DNA from: Pirellulales bacterium
Lineage (GTDB): Bacteria > Planctomycetota > Planctomycetia > Pirellulales > Lacipirellulaceae
Direction: 5' to 3'
Length of the DNA stretch: 64,000 nt
Assembly (NCBI GenBank): GCA_041737535.1
Contig: JBGSRO010000107.1
Location: forward strand, 6,399-70,398
In this document: piece by piece, positions 1 through 12,642 of the stretch
Numbering within the stretch: the stretch's first letter is position 1
Layout of the letters: every line of letters begins with the position of its first letter
Made by a program: the position numbers and the translations under genes
The notes under the pieces: generated by a model
Told to the model about the DNA's origin: nothing
The model's input: only the letters and a program-made list of their open reading frames with translations
The model's database searches: none

Positions 1-213
1 GGCGGCTTCGCACGAAGTGACGCAATCACGAAATCTAACGACTCCGACGCGTTCGCCCGAGCCGGTGATGGCGACGGTCGAACCGCCACCCCAAGTGATG
101 CGGACCGTGAGTACCGCCGCGAGGCAATTTGCCGCGCTGCGTCGCCAACGCACGGGGCAACGTCCGCTGCAATAAACGCATTTGTATGTGTCTCTGGCTG
201 TGAGGTCACAATC

Positions 214-1479
214 ATGGTTGCCACAACGGTTTCGATTCCTCGCTGGCAAGTTTCGCTACCACTGATGCTGGTAGTGGGAAGTGCCGTTGCGTTCTTGCTT
301 GGAGTCGCGCTGCGCAATCCCGGGCTGCTCGGGGGTGGTGCCGTCGCACTCTGCGCGACTTACCGCGAATGGCAACGCTGCCTGCCAACCCATGGAGTCG
401 ATGAAACCGACCGAGGCTGCCGCCGCGATAACGCGATTGGTCATCGTGCGACGTCGGCGCCGGCCGTCTCGGCGACGTCGACAGTGACGCCGACGATGCC
501 GCGATGTCGCCCGGCGACGAACACGGGCGATCTCGTCGACCAACTGATTTCGTCAGGACGCTACGCGTTGTTATTGCATCCCGATACGGCCGCGCATCTA
601 TGCGATCGCGACCGCGAGCGCGTTGTCGACGTGATGGAGCAGGCGATGTCGATTGTACCCGAGGGGCACGTGTTGGTCGGAGTTTCGGCCGAACGCGCCA
701 CCTGGGGCGGAACCACAGCCGCAGCGACCAACGACGGTGTGCAGTCAGTCGACGGATTTTACGTTGATCGCTTTGCCGTCACGAATGCCGACTTTCAGCA
801 TTTCGTCGACGCGGGGGCTTACGAAGACTTCGAGTTGTGGCCGGACGAAGCACTTCCAGCGCTATTCGAGTTCGTCGACCAGACGGGCGAGCCGGGTCCG
901 CGGTACTGGTCGAACGGCAGGCACGACCCGTCAGAGTCGACGCTACCCGTCGTCGGTGTCAGTTGGTATGAAGCGGCCGCCTATGCTCGTTGGGTCGGCA
1001 AGCGGCTCTTGAGCGATGCCGAATGGACCAAAGCGGCCGCGTGGCCTGTGGAAACAACGCCGGGCCACATCACCCAGCGCCGCTATCCGTGGGGCGACTC
1101 ATTCGAGTCGCGAAGAGCGAATCTCTGGAACTCGGCCGCCAATCGTCCGGTGCCGGTCGAAGATTACCCGCAAGGCAGCACGCTCGGCGGCGTCTATCAA
1201 CTCATCGGCAACGTCTGGGAGTGGACCTCTGGCGAGTTCGTTGAAGCGACCGAAGCTGCTTCGCCCGGCGAGAGTTTGCGCACGCTTCACGGCGGCGCAT
1301 TCAACACCTACTTCGAGAACCAAGCCACCTGTCACTTCCGCAGTGGCGAAGCCTCGCTGGCCCGCCGTGACAACATCGGGTTTCGGCTCGCGCTTTCGCT
1401 TAACGAAATAACCGACTTCGACGACGCCACGGAGGCCAAAGTGAATGGCCCCGTCATTTCCGCAGTGGCGGGAATCTAA
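214..1479 (+). CDS. Membrane-anchored protein with C-terminal formylglycine-generating-enzyme (FGE/SUMF1, DUF323)-like domain
   Basis: N-terminal hydrophobic segment (LPLMLVVGSAVAFLLGVAL). C-terminal region has FGE-family motifs (FYVDRFAVTNADFQHFV, GVSWYEAAAYARWVGKRL, RYPWGD, HGGAFNT). First gene of a +strand three-gene cluster. Confidence 0.7.
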   Translation: MVATTVSIPRWQVSLPLMLVVGSAVAFLLGVALRNPGLLGGGAVALCATYREWQRCLPTHGVDETDRGCRRDNAIGHRATSAPAVSATSTVTPTMPRCRPATNTGDLVDQLISSGRYALLLHPDTAAHLCDRDRERVVDVMEQAMSIVPEGHVLVGVSAERATWGGTTAAATNDGVQSVDGFYVDRFAVTNADFQHFVDAGAYEDFELWPDEALPALFEFVDQTGEPGPRYWSNGRHDPSESTLPVVGVSWYEAAAYARWVGKRLLSDAEWTKAAAWPVETTPGHITQRRYPWGDSFESRRANLWNSAANRPVPVEDYPQGSTLGGVYQLIGNVWEWTSGEFVEATEAASPGESLRTLHGGAFNTYFENQATCHFRSGEASLARRDNIGFRLALSLNEITDFDDATEAKVNGPVISAVAGI

Positions 1480-1583
1480 AGGGAAACGGTTGCGCCGAGA
1501 TTTCCGCTTGTGCGGCAAGCTCGCACTGCATCGTTGCCAAAGGTTTCTCGTTTACTCTGAATCACAAGAACGAGGTTTACACT

Positions 1584-2498
1584 GTGCCGACACTCACGAG
1601 TTCGCCCATCGAAACCTACTTGCTCGCCGGCCAAGCCGCGCCGCTCGCGTGTGGAGTTTGCCAATATGAAAATCGAATTTCAGCCGAGCGGTGCCACAAA
1701 TGCGTTGCCCCGCTGTCGATTGCGAGGCAGGCGAGCAAACGAAAACAGTTTCCCAAGCGAATCGCCGTGATTGGTGCCGCCGGCATCGGCAAGACGACCT
1801 ACCTCGGCATGTTGCTCGATATGCTGATGCGGCGGACCGTTTCGCTCGAAACGACACTGCTTGGCCCGCAGTCGATTTCGTTACAACAGATGACCACTAC
1901 GGCACTTGCCGCCGGATGGTATCCGGATAAGACGCCGCGTGATCCCGAGCAGTGGCACTGGGTTCATTGCCAAGTTGGCTGTGCGCGTCGCCGCCGGAAG
2001 ATCGACGCCGTGTTCGTCGACTTCCCGGGCGAAGCATTAGCAGCGAGCATCGACCATCCCGAAGACTTCCCTGCTGTGCGAGCGATGCTTACCGACTGTG
2101 CAGGCATCATGGTGCTCGCCGACGCGTCGCGGCTCCGCGCGGGCGAGCACGACGACGACTATCTTTCGCTCAAGTTGCTATCGATGGCGTCCGACTTGCG
2201 CACCGGTAGCAAACGTTGGTTGCGTCGCCCGGCGCTACCGCCACTGGCGTTTGTGCTGACTAAGAGCGATACCTCTCCTTCGTGCATGGACGACCCACTC
2301 GGGTTTGCCGAGAACCATGCCCACTCGCTTTGGACCGACGTGCAGCGGCGCTTCCCGGTTAGCGAAGCCTTCGCCGCGACGGTCGTCGGTGCGTCGGGCC
2401 CACGGGTCGTTGCCGGGCGACGGTGCCAAGTACCACTGCGCGTCGAACCGCGCGGCGTCGTCGAGCCCTTTGGCTGGTTGCTTTCGCACTTGAATTGA
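1584..2498 (+). CDS. Small Ras-like GTPase with N-terminal zinc-ribbon
   Basis: N-terminal CxxC..CxxC (CGVCQYEN...CHKCVAPL). G1/Walker A IGAAGIGKTT, G3 DFPGE (DxxG), G4 LTKSD (N/TKxD). 105 nt downstream of the FGE-like gene, same strand. Confidence 0.65.
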   Translation: MPTLTSSPIETYLLAGQAAPLACGVCQYENRISAERCHKCVAPLSIARQASKRKQFPKRIAVIGAAGIGKTTYLGMLLDMLMRRTVSLETTLLGPQSISLQQMTTTALAAGWYPDKTPRDPEQWHWVHCQVGCARRRRKIDAVFVDFPGEALAASIDHPEDFPAVRAMLTDCAGIMVLADASRLRAGEHDDDYLSLKLLSMASDLRTGSKRWLRRPALPPLAFVLTKSDTSPSCMDDPLGFAENHAHSLWTDVQRRFPVSEAFAATVVGASGPRVVAGRRCQVPLRVEPRGVVEPFGWLLSHLN

Positions 2499-2509
2499 GC
2501 ATCGAATGA

Positions 2510-2983
2510 GTGAACCTTGGACGAAGGACTGCGGTCTCTCGACTGGCGGCGGGGGCGTCTTGGCCCGCGATCCTTTCCGTTCCTGTCCTTCATCACGGTA
2601 CTTCCATGACAACCGACCCGCGTATTCAACCGCATCGTCTCAGCACCGACTCGTCGACGCCCGCGAAAATGCGTTGCGGCTCGCAAGTTGTGCGGGCCGA
2701 TGGTCAGGCAATCGACCCGATAGCGCTGAAAGCCGTCGAGCAACTCGACGACACGATGTTTGCCGCACTGGGTGGCGATGCCTCGGCGCTCGACGCGGTC
2801 GGTGGTCGCTTGCGTGCGGTCCGCCGACGCGTCGCGGCGAGTCTGATCGCCGAAGCCCGCGACAAATACATCGAACGTGCCGAGCAGACTTGGAACGATT
2901 ACCGCCGTGGCGACGAAGCAGACGTGGTCCGCGCGTTCGCGGCGCTCGATGTGCTGCTGATGCTCGAATTGGCGAACGACTGA
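2510..2983 (+). CDS. Hypothetical helical protein (third gene of FGE-GTPase cluster)
   Basis: GTG start 12 nt after the GTPase stop. Ala/Asp-rich helical sequence. The alternative overlapping frame 2506..3045 is Arg-rich junk. Confidence 0.45.
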   Translation: MNLGRRTAVSRLAAGASWPAILSVPVLHHGTSMTTDPRIQPHRLSTDSSTPAKMRCGSQVVRADGQAIDPIALKAVEQLDDTMFAALGGDASALDAVGGRLRAVRRRVAASLIAEARDKYIERAEQTWNDYRRGDEADVVRAFAALDVLLMLELAND

Positions 2984-3105
2984 AAATTCCCGCGCATCTT
3001 GGGTGGGAGTGGATTGGTGTTGTGATCTACCGGCGGCAAACGTGATTTGCAGTCACGGCGTCGCGATACCCTCGACCGCTTCCCAACCGTATGAAGAGAG
3101 AATGA

Positions 3106-4503
<1,398 letters not shown>

Positions 4504-4658
4504 AACCGAATCGTGACTTGAGTAATTCTTTACCGCTATTTTATGTGACTCTTTATTTTGCCACCGAGCCACTGAGGTCACTGAGCAAAAAGAAAGCGTT
4601 GCAATTTGCACTTCCCTTTCTCTTTCTGAGTCCTCTGTGTCTCCGCGGTTAAACTATC

Positions 4659-4901
4659 TTAAGGAGAAGTTCGGCTCGCCAACTCGTCGCGGCGCGAGGC
4701 ATCTTGCTCACCGCGACATTCGGGAGCCGGGTTCGAGCAAAGCTGACACGCGGTCTTGCCATGCCCGTCGGTCTGGTTGTTAAGCCCGCCGCAAGTGCCC
4801 TTAAGCCGGCGGTTGCTGACCATCACGCCGATAGCCATGCCACCGATCGCGACCGCAAACGCCACGGCGGCGGCAATGTAAACGATCGAGTCATGATTCA
4901 T
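4659..4901 (-). CDS. nqrM: (Na+)-NQR maturation protein NqrM
   Basis: 80-aa protein with one N-terminal TM helix and a conserved Cys cluster (GTCGG...CQLCSNPAPEC). Sits immediately downstream of apbE at the end of the nqr operon. Confidence 0.65.
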   Translation of the reverse strand: MNHDSIVYIAAAVAFAVAIGGMAIGVMVSNRRLKGTCGGLNNQTDGHGKTACQLCSNPAPECRGEQDASRRDELASRTSP

Positions 4902-4931
4902 GGTATTGCCTCGCTCACTAATCTTCCAACC

Positions 4932-5981
4932 TCACTTTTCCGAGCCCAGCGGTCCAAATTCCTTGGTCCAAGCCGTTGTGGCGTGCTCGTGCAATTCGTC
5001 GCCAACCCGCTCCGCGAAGAGCGCCGCGACACCGCGCTGCTCGGCCCAATCATATCCCTCGATCGGCCCCAGCACCAGCAACGTCGTGGCCAACCCATCG
5101 GCCGTCATACAGTCGTTTGCGTAGACGCTGACTGTCGCCAGCGAATGTGTCACAGGTCGGCCGGTGGCTGGGTTAATTGTATGCGAATAGCGCACTCCCT
5201 CGAACTCGAAAAAGTTGCGGTAGTCGCCCGACGTGGCGAGGGCCCCGGTGGTGATCGAGAGCACATGTGAGGCTCCCCGCTCGTCATCAGCCGGTCGCTC
5301 GATACCGAGCCGCCACGCCAAACCGTCGGGTTTGGTTCCCCGCACGCGAACCTCGCCCCCGATCTCGACCATGTAATGTGTCACTCCGCTGGCGTCGAGT
5401 AATTCGGCAATGGCATCGACACCATAGCCCTTGGCGATGGCCGACAGGTTGAGCTCGACTCCCTCCTTCTCGCGACAGAGCGTGCCGGTCGTCGCATCAA
5501 GTGTGACGAGCTTGTGACCGACCACTTCGCGCGCGGCAGCGATCTCGACATCAGTCGGCGGCCGAGTGCGTTTGCCATCAGGACCAAAGCCCCAGATATC
5601 GACCAGTGGGCCAACCGTTGGGTCGAACGCTCCTCCGGAGTCTTTAGCCAGTTCGAGCGCGGCAGAAATTACGACTGCCGTCTCACGCGAAATCGACACC
5701 GGCTCGTTGGAATCGCTCGAGTTGAACCGCGAGAGCTCCGACGACTCGATATAAGTCGACATCAAGTCATTGATTTCGACCAAGCGCTCGTCGATCGCTG
5801 CCTTCAGACGCTCAGCGGCGCCAACGTCGGTAACGCCGACTTTCACCGAGTACCGCGTCCCCATCGTCGAGCCGGTAAGTTCGTAGAGCGGCTCATTAGT
5901 TTGAGCCTCTCGACTGCATCCGAAAATGGCCAACAGCGACAACAGACACAACAGAGACCGGTCGCATCGCCTGTCGAACAT
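4932..5981 (-). CDS. apbE: FAD:protein FMN transferase (ApbE family), lipoprotein
   Basis: ApbE motifs (TSGDYRNFFE, AIAKGYGVD). Start chosen at the internal Met giving a lipoprotein signal (LLSLLAIFGCS), which avoids overlap with nqrF. The track ORF extends to 6116. Confidence 0.75.
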   Translation of the reverse strand: MFDRRCDRSLLCLLSLLAIFGCSREAQTNEPLYELTGSTMGTRYSVKVGVTDVGAAERLKAAIDERLVEINDLMSTYIESSELSRFNSSDSNEPVSISRETAVVISAALELAKDSGGAFDPTVGPLVDIWGFGPDGKRTRPPTDVEIAAAREVVGHKLVTLDATTGTLCREKEGVELNLSAIAKGYGVDAIAELLDASGVTHYMVEIGGEVRVRGTKPDGLAWRLGIERPADDERGASHVLSITTGALATSGDYRNFFEFEGVRYSHTINPATGRPVTHSLATVSVYANDCMTADGLATTLLVLGPIEGYDWAEQRGVAALFAERVGDELHEHATTAWTKEFGPLGSEK

Positions 5982-6063
5982 CGCGGTTACTGGCTGACTG
6001 GTCGCCTGCGGGTCTGTCGGTATCTTCAGTGACTCAGTGTTGAAACAAATTAACTTCACGCGT

Positions 6064-7290
6064 TTAACCACCGAAGTCGTCGTAGGCGATGTTTTCCTTT
6101 TCGACGCCCAGATCATCGAGCATCTTAAACACAGCCGCGTTCATCATTGGCGGACCACAGATGTAGTACTCGATGTCTTCCGGAGCCGGGTGTGTTTTGA
6201 GATAGTTTTCGAGCAGCACTTGGTGAATGAATCCTTGGTAACCGGTCCAGTTGTCTTCGGGGAGCGGTTCCGAGAGCGCGACGTTCATCTTGAAGTTGGG
6301 GAACTCTTTTTCGATTTCCTTGAAATCATCGATATAAAACAGTTCGCGACTGCTGCGCCCTCCGTACCAGTAGCTGACTTTGCGTTTGGTCTTTTGTGCC
6401 TTGAAGAGCTCGAATATATGGCTTCGTAGTGGAGCCATACCGGCACCACCACCGATGTAAACCATTTCGGCATCGGAGTCTTTGATGAAAAACTCGCCAT
6501 AGGGGCCACTGATGGTGACCTTATCGCCCGGCTTTTGGGCGAAGATGTAGCTCGACGCCTTTCCCGGCGGCGTATTTTCGGGGGCACGAGGGGGAGGACT
6601 GGCGATACGAACGTTGAGCATGATGATGCCTTTTTCGCCTGGGTAATTAGCCATCGAATAGGCGCGAATCACCGGTTCGTCTACTTTTGACACGTAACGC
6701 CAGACGTTGTATTTATCCCAATCAGAACGAAAACGCTCTTCAATCGCAAAGTCCTTGTATTCGACAACGCTCTTGGGGATTTCGATCTGAATGTAACCCC
6801 CCGCTTTGAACGCGACTTCTTCGCCCTGGGGCAAAGCTAGTTTGAACTCTTTGATGAAGGTCGCCACGTTATGGTTTGAGATTACCTCGCATTCCCACTT
6901 CTTGGTCTCAAACGCTTCGGGGGGAACTTCGACCTTCATGTCTTGTTTCACAGCAACTTGGCACGACAGTCGGCATCCTTCGCGGGCTTCGCCTTTGCTG
7001 ATATGAGTCCGCTCGGTGGGGAGAATGTCGCCCCCTCCTTCAAGGACTTTCACTTCACATTGCGCGCAAGTACCACCACCGCCACAGGCGCTGGAAACAA
7101 AAATGCCTTCGTCAGCAAGCGCGTTCAGCAGTTTCCCACCAGCGGGGACGCTGATCGTCTTTTGATCGTTGATCAGAATGTTGACGTTGCCACTTGGCAC
7201 AAGCTGTTTGCGGGCAGCCATAATGATGGCAACCAACGCAAGCACCACGACGGTGAACATCGACACGCCGGTAACAATGACAGGATCCAT
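6064..7290 (-). CDS. nqrF: Na+-translocating NADH:quinone oxidoreductase subunit F
   Basis: N-terminal TM helix, 2Fe-2S ferredoxin Cys motif ([10 protein letters not shown]), FAD/NAD-binding oxidoreductase domain. C-terminal ...AYDDFGG. Confidence 0.9.
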   Translation of the reverse strand: MDPVIVTGVSMFTVVVLALVAIIMAARKQLVPSGNVNILINDQKTISVPAGGKLLNALADEGIFVSSACGGGGTCAQCEVKVLEGGGDILPTERTHISKGEAREGCRLSCQVAVKQDMKVEVPPEAFETKKWECEVISNHNVATFIKEFKLALPQGEEVAFKAGGYIQIEIPKSVVEYKDFAIEERFRSDWDKYNVWRYVSKVDEPVIRAYSMANYPGEKGIIMLNVRIASPPPRAPENTPPGKASSYIFAQKPGDKVTISGPYGEFFIKDSDAEMVYIGGGAGMAPLRSHIFELFKAQKTKRKVSYWYGGRSSRELFYIDDFKEIEKEFPNFKMNVALSEPLPEDNWTGYQGFIHQVLLENYLKTHPAPEDIEYYICGPPMMNAAVFKMLDDLGVEKENIAYDDFGG

Positions 7291-7350
7291 ATCAGTCTCT
7301 TTAGCAAGCAGTGAAGAATAAATCGACTAGCTAAGCTCGACCAGACAACT

Positions 7351-7977
7351 CTACTCGGGCAAGTCGATACCACCAAACGCCATAAACGCCATCGCGATCA
7401 GCCCGACGGTCATGAACGTAATGCCCAACCCTCGCAGTCCCTCGGGTACGTCGCTGTAGCGGAGTTTTTCGCGAACCCCGGCAAGTGCCGTGATCGCGAG
7501 TGCCCAGCCGAAACCAGAACCGACACCGTAGACGCAGCTTTCCAGAAAATTATAGTCGCGCTCGACCATAAACAGCGAACCCCCCAGGATCGCGCAGTTC
7601 ACTGTGATCAGCGGCAGAAAGATACCGAGCGTGTTGTAGAGCGGCGGAAAGAAGCGGTCGAGTGTCATCTCCAATATCTGTACCATGGCGGCGATGGTGC
7701 CGATGTAGCTAATGAGCCCCAAGAACAACAGATCTTGGTTCGCCAGACTGGGACTAAGCCAAGCCAGTGCGCCTTTCTTGAGCAGGTAAGTGAAGATCAG
7801 GTTGTTAGCCGGAATGGTGATTGCCATGATCACAATCACAGCCACGCCGAGGCTCATGGCCGTCTTCACGTTCTTGGAAATGGCAATGAACGTACACATG
7901 CCCAAGAAATAGACGAGCGCCAGATTCTCAATGAATACCGAATTCAGAAAGATATTGAGATAGTGATTGAAGTCCAT
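7351..7977 (-). CDS. nqrE: NQR subunit E
   Basis: 208-aa polytopic membrane protein typical of NqrE/RnfA, positioned between nqrD and nqrF. Confidence 0.85.
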   Translation of the reverse strand: MDFNHYLNIFLNSVFIENLALVYFLGMCTFIAISKNVKTAMSLGVAVIVIMAITIPANNLIFTYLLKKGALAWLSPSLANQDLLFLGLISYIGTIAAMVQILEMTLDRFFPPLYNTLGIFLPLITVNCAILGGSLFMVERDYNFLESCVYGVGSGFGWALAITALAGVREKLRYSDVPEGLRGLGITFMTVGLIAMAFMAFGGIDLPE

Positions 7978-8026
7978 AATAATGCCAACAGTGAGAGGCC
8001 GTTTGTATTCGCGTAGGGCTGAGCAA

Positions 8027-8686
8027 TTACTCGTGCTCGACCTGCTCGGGGCGAAAGGTCCGCAGGATCCAGATGAAAGCGCCGATCAAGAAAAATGCGC
8101 TCGGTGCAAGGAGCAGCAAGCCATTTGGGGCGTAATACAGATTGCCAAATAGGCTGCTCGCACCATCGGTCACCTCGGGGGGAGATGTTGGAAGTACTTC
8201 GTAGCCCAACAGTTTGCCCGAGCCAAACAATTCGCGAATGAAGCCGACGACGATCAGAATTACGCTGTAGCCGAGTCCGTTGCCAATACCGTCGAGAAAC
8301 GACATCCAGGGGGGTGACTTCATTGCATAGGCTTCGGCACGCCCCATCACAATGCAGTTGGTAATGATGAGCCCAACGAACACACTCATCGTCTTGCTTA
8401 CGTCAAAGAAAAACGCCTTCAGAAATTGATCGACGACAATCACAAGTGAAGCAATGATTGTCATCTGCACGATGATGCGAATACTCGACGGGATGTAATG
8501 ACGGATCGAACTAATCGCCGCGCTCGAACAGGCGGTCACAATTGTCACGGCAGCAGCCATCACGATAGCCGTTTTGAGCTGTGTGGTTACCGCCAGTGCC
8601 GAACAGATGCCAAGCACCTGGAGCGTGATGGGGTTGTTGCTAAAAATGGGTTTTAGCAGGACGTCTGCTGCCGATTGCTTTGCCAT
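8027..8686 (-). CDS. nqrD: NQR subunit D
   Basis: 219-aa polytopic membrane protein of the NqrD/RnfE type, in operon order. Confidence 0.85.
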   Translation of the reverse strand: MAKQSAADVLLKPIFSNNPITLQVLGICSALAVTTQLKTAIVMAAAVTIVTACSSAAISSIRHYIPSSIRIIVQMTIIASLVIVVDQFLKAFFFDVSKTMSVFVGLIITNCIVMGRAEAYAMKSPPWMSFLDGIGNGLGYSVILIVVGFIRELFGSGKLLGYEVLPTSPPEVTDGASSLFGNLYYAPNGLLLLAPSAFFLIGAFIWILRTFRPEQVEHE

Positions 8687-8721
8687 GGCGATGCCGTGGG
8701 TTATTGGTCGCGGTGAATAGT

Positions 8722-9501
8722 TTATGACTTGTCCGACTTGTCGCCGGTTTGCGCTTTGATAAAGGGTCCAAATCCATCGGGGCCCAGCCAGTAGTTGACC
8801 ATATTTTGGACGCCGTTGCTGGTGATGGTTGCGCCGCTCAAACCGTCGACTTTGTGTTCGGCGCCAGGTTCACTCACACCCCCCTTCACCAACTTCACAG
8901 CGGGCACTCCTTCGTCGTCGTAAATCTCTTTGCCTTTCCAATCATTCTTAAACTTTTGGCTCTCGACCTCACCCCCTAGCCCTGGCGTTTCGCCATGCTC
9001 GTAATACGAAATGCCGACGACGGTATCGCCGTCATTGGCGAGCGCGAGGTAACCGTAGAGCGTGCTCCACAATCCTTTGCCGGAAATCGGAATGACATAC
9101 GACTGAACCTTGCCTGCCTTCGCGATCTCGTAAATGAAGCCGACATTTTCGCGTGTCGGCAAACCAGGCTTGGGACCGTCGACGTCGATTGTCTTGTTTT
9201 CCTTCGGGTTGTTGCGAGCCTCCATCGGATCGTACTCTTTGGGGACTTCGACCACTTCAGGCGTGCCGAGTTTCACAGCAACCTGGGTGACGACTTCCGC
9301 GAAAGTTTTCTCGATGGCCTTTCGGTCCATACCGTCTTCGAGCAGGCCGGCGGCCATCAGAACGTTCTTCTGGCGGTCGAACGCCTTATTCGCTTCTTGA
9401 TAAGGCTTCAACAGCACGGCAGCGGACGAAACCACTAGCGAGCAGACCAAACACAGCACGGTGGCGACCACAAAGGTGCCTAGCATACTATCACGTGCCA
9501 T
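8722..9501 (-). CDS. nqrC: NQR subunit C (FMN-binding)
   Basis: Single N-terminal TM helix. Conserved FMN-attachment motif SGATITS near the C-terminus. Confidence 0.85.
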   Translation of the reverse strand: MARDSMLGTFVVATVLCLVCSLVVSSAAVLLKPYQEANKAFDRQKNVLMAAGLLEDGMDRKAIEKTFAEVVTQVAVKLGTPEVVEVPKEYDPMEARNNPKENKTIDVDGPKPGLPTRENVGFIYEIAKAGKVQSYVIPISGKGLWSTLYGYLALANDGDTVVGISYYEHGETPGLGGEVESQKFKNDWKGKEIYDDEGVPAVKLVKGGVSEPGAEHKVDGLSGATITSNGVQNMVNYWLGPDGFGPFIKAQTGDKSDKS

Positions 9502-10765
9502 AACGAGCGGCCCTCCGTTTGACGTTGGCTTGAATCACAAAGTAATCGATGACCGGGGCAAAAACATTACCGAACAGAATCGCTAGCATGATCCCTTCGG
9601 CATAAGCCGGATTCATGACGCGGATGAGAATGGTCATGCCGCCTACCAATAGCCCATACCACCACATACCGATCTGTGTCATCGAACTGGAGACCGGATC
9701 GGTCGCCATGTAGACGGTGCCAAACGCAAAACCGCCAATCACTAAATGCCACATTGGAGGGATGCAGGCGACCGGGTTTTGCGACGTTTCGCGGAAGAAG
9801 TAGAGCAGCGAAGCGGTGACGAGCGCACCAATGACGACGCCCGACATGATCCGCCACGAGCCGATGCCGGTGGCGATCAAAATTGCCGCACCAATCAAGC
9901 AAGCGAGTGTTGAGGTTTCGCCCATCGAGCCCTGGATGAAGCCGAGGAAAGCGTCCCACCAACCGAAGCTAGAAATTCCCTCTTTGGCCTTTGACATCAC
10001 TGCCGCTGGCCCAACACCGAAATCGGCGTCAACCATCGCGCCGAGCGTGGTCGCACCGCTATAACCATCGATGGCTTTCACCGCTGTCCACACGCCGTTT
10101 CCGTCGGGGTTGCGGTCGCCAGAGAGATAGGGGGCGTAGGCGAAGTAGACGAACGCCCGCGCGGTAAGCGCTGGGTTGAGAAAGTTCTTCCCCGTGCCAC
10201 CGAAGATCTCTTTTCCGATCACGACGCCAAACGCGATACCAACGGCAACCACGGTGAGGGGAGTCGTCGCCGGGAGCGTGAGCGGATAGAGCATCCCCGT
10301 GACGAGAAAACCCTCGTTGATTTCATGACCACGGATGAGCGAGAAGATCAGCTCAAGTGTGCCACCGACAGCCATCGTGACAATATAGATTGGCAAGAAC
10401 CAGAGAGCACCATGCACAAAGCAATCGACAAGACTGGCGGGGTCGTAACCCATGCCGAGCATTTGAATCACGTTATCGCGCCACGAGTCGACCGGATCTG
10501 CCTTCTCTAGGCTGATCATCAGGTTGGCTTGATAACCTGTGTTGTAAATTGCCATCAGAATGCAAGGCAGCAGCGCGACGATGACGGTCGACATCATCCT
10601 TTTCATGTCGAGTGCGTCGTGAACGTGGGAGCCGTTCTTCGACACTTCGCCGGGCGTGTAGAGAAAGGTATCGAGCGCCTCGTACAGCGGATACATCCGC
10701 TCGAGCTTGCCCCCCTTCTTAAAATTCGGCTCGACCTTGTCGAGCAAGTTCCGCAAGAATTTCAT
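9491..10765 (-). CDS. nqrB: NQR subunit B
   Basis: 424-aa polytopic membrane protein of the NqrB/RnfD type with an SGAT-like FMN site (GYSGATTLG). Overlaps the nqrC start by 11 nt. Confidence 0.85.
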   Translation of the reverse strand: MKFLRNLLDKVEPNFKKGGKLERMYPLYEALDTFLYTPGEVSKNGSHVHDALDMKRMMSTVIVALLPCILMAIYNTGYQANLMISLEKADPVDSWRDNVIQMLGMGYDPASLVDCFVHGALWFLPIYIVTMAVGGTLELIFSLIRGHEINEGFLVTGMLYPLTLPATTPLTVVAVGIAFGVVIGKEIFGGTGKNFLNPALTARAFVYFAYAPYLSGDRNPDGNGVWTAVKAIDGYSGATTLGAMVDADFGVGPAAVMSKAKEGISSFGWWDAFLGFIQGSMGETSTLACLIGAAILIATGIGSWRIMSGVVIGALVTASLLYFFRETSQNPVACIPPMWHLVIGGFAFGTVYMATDPVSSSMTQIGMWWYGLLVGGMTILIRVMNPAYAEGIMLAILFGNVFAPVIDYFVIQANVKRRAARYGT

Positions 10766-10859
10766 AGTCGCTGTTCAAAGTGAAATTAATGAACCCAAGC
10801 TCGCGGAGAGCTTGGACTGAGTCGGAGTCTATCGTCCGGCGGCGGCTAAAATCGCTGAG

Positions 10860-12218
10860 TTAACCCTCGGCTTCGATTGTTTTCAAGCTCGATCGCAACA
10901 GTGGTCCATATTCGATTTTGCCGGGGCAGACGAATGAACAAAGCCCGAGGTCTTCTTCGTCGAGCTCAAGACAGCCCAGTGATTGGGCCGTTTCGAAGTC
11001 TTGAACCGCCAGTGACTTCAGCAGGGGAGTTGGAATAATGTCGAGTGGCATCACCTGTTCGTACATGCCGATCGGGACAATCGCGCGGTGGCTTCCCTCG
11101 GTTGAAGTAGTGAAGTTCAGTGGTTTTCCTGCGAAGACGCCCGCAAACATTGGCTTCACCGAAAACTTGCCAAAACCGGGTCCGGTCCAGCCCAATAGAT
11201 CGCGTCGATAGCCTTCTTCGAGCAACACAACTTGCAAGTGATAGCGGCCCAAAAAGTCGGTCGGAGCAACCGACTTGCGGCCAGCAAAGACCGAGCCCGA
11301 AATCACTCTTGCGGGGAATTCGAGCCCCTCTTTCACCTCGTCTCCAACCAGTTCGCCAAGCGATGCGCCGATTTGCGTGCGAACAATCTTGGGACTCTTG
11401 GCCGCCGGTCCCGCGATGGAAATGACCCGCGAGTTGTCGATGTGGCCCGTGTTAAAAAGGTGCCCAATTGCGGCGACATCTTGGTAGTTGACATACCAAG
11501 AGGTGCGGTCCATCGCGACCGGTGCGAGAAAATGTATGTGCGTCCCCGGCAGTCCAGCGGGGTGAGGTCCAGCAAAAATGACTGTTTCGATTCCGTTCAC
11601 GTTTTCGCCCGGAAGTGGACCGCCCGGTGCCCGGCACAAATAGGTCTTGCCGTCGGTCAACTGCGTCAAGACTTGCAGTCCCGACACGAAGTCGGCCTCA
11701 CGCTCGGCCAGCACAATCCGAGGGTCGGCCGCCAGAGGATTGGTGTCGATTGCCGTCACCAGGATCGCGTGGGGCATGATCTCGGGATCGGCTACTTTGC
11801 TGTAGGGCCGCGAGCGAATGGCGGGCCATAACCCCGAAACAAGCAACTTTTCGCGAACTTCGTCGGCTCCAAGCTGCGACAGATTCCGGTCACCAAATGT
11901 GCCGAAGTTAATACGGTCGTCCCCAACAAGTTCGATGGTGAGCGACTCGAACTTGCGCTTCGCACCCCGAATCACGCCGGTGACACGACCGCTTGCCGGA
12001 GCCGTGTAGCGAACCCGCGGAGACTTCTTATCGGTGAAGAGCAACTGTCCCTGCTGGACCACGTCGCCTTCGCGAATTTCCATCGTCGGCTTCATGCCAA
12101 TATAGTCGTCACCCACCAATGCGACGTGAGAAATGTTCGGCCCGGCCGAAATTTGCTGAACTGGCGCACCGGCAATCGGCAGCGTAAGTCCTTTTTTGAT
12201 AGTCACTGTCCGCAGCAT
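10860..12218 (-). CDS. nqrA: NQR subunit A
   Basis: 452-aa soluble subunit, first gene of the nqrABCDEF operon. N-terminus MLRTVTIKKGLTLPIAGAP is typical of NqrA. Confidence 0.85.
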   Translation of the reverse strand: MLRTVTIKKGLTLPIAGAPVQQISAGPNISHVALVGDDYIGMKPTMEIREGDVVQQGQLLFTDKKSPRVRYTAPASGRVTGVIRGAKRKFESLTIELVGDDRINFGTFGDRNLSQLGADEVREKLLVSGLWPAIRSRPYSKVADPEIMPHAILVTAIDTNPLAADPRIVLAEREADFVSGLQVLTQLTDGKTYLCRAPGGPLPGENVNGIETVIFAGPHPAGLPGTHIHFLAPVAMDRTSWYVNYQDVAAIGHLFNTGHIDNSRVISIAGPAAKSPKIVRTQIGASLGELVGDEVKEGLEFPARVISGSVFAGRKSVAPTDFLGRYHLQVVLLEEGYRRDLLGWTGPGFGKFSVKPMFAGVFAGKPLNFTTSTEGSHRAIVPIGMYEQVMPLDIIPTPLLKSLAVQDFETAQSLGCLELDEEDLGLCSFVCPGKIEYGPLLRSSLKTIEAEG

Positions 12219-12552
12219 ATTCTCTCAGACCTTGAGCCCGTCGGCTCGCATTAGTGGTGTCCTTCACCGTCGCGAATGGTCCACTTCGCTAGCATGGCGC
12301 AGGGACACGACGACAGGGGCGTATTGACTTCGTGAATAATTTCACAAAGTCGCCGCCAGGTCAAGGTGGGTAGGGGACCAGTTACCAAAACATCTCTACT
12401 GGGGAGCGAACCGCACAACTGCTGGATTTGTCACATGACTACTGGCATAGTGAGATTTTCGCGAACGGAAACAACGCGCCCCGTTTACAACGTGGCGGGC
12501 AGCTAACATATTGACAGTTCGTTTGCGGCGATTGCCGAATACACCTTGCGCC

Positions 12553-12625
12553 GGACAGGTAGCTCAGTTGGTAGAGCACAGGACTGAAAATCCTGGTGTC
12601 GGGGGTTCGACCCCCCCCCTGTCCA
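12553..12625 (+). tRNA. tRNA-Phe (GAA)
   Basis: Cloverleaf read by eye: acceptor GGACAGG/CCTGTCC, D-arm GCTC-AGTTGGTA-GAGC, anticodon stem CAGGA/TCCTG with loop CTGAAAA (anticodon GAA), T-arm GGGGG-TTCGACC-CCCCC, discriminator A. Confidence 0.85.
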
Positions 12626-12642
12626 CTAGACATAAGTCGAAG
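12584..12642 (+). repeat. attL: island-proximal copy of the 58-59 bp direct repeat (3' part of tRNA-Phe plus ~17 bp)
   Basis: Sequence ctgaaaatcctggtgtcgggggttcgaccccccccctgtccactagacataagtcgaag recurs at 23626..23683. Confidence 0.8.

Noticed and set aside
2506-3045. 179-aa ORF overlapping the 2510..2983 ORF in another frame
   Set aside because: Arg-rich low-complexity translation. The 2510 frame is protein-like and starts 12 nt after the upstream gene.
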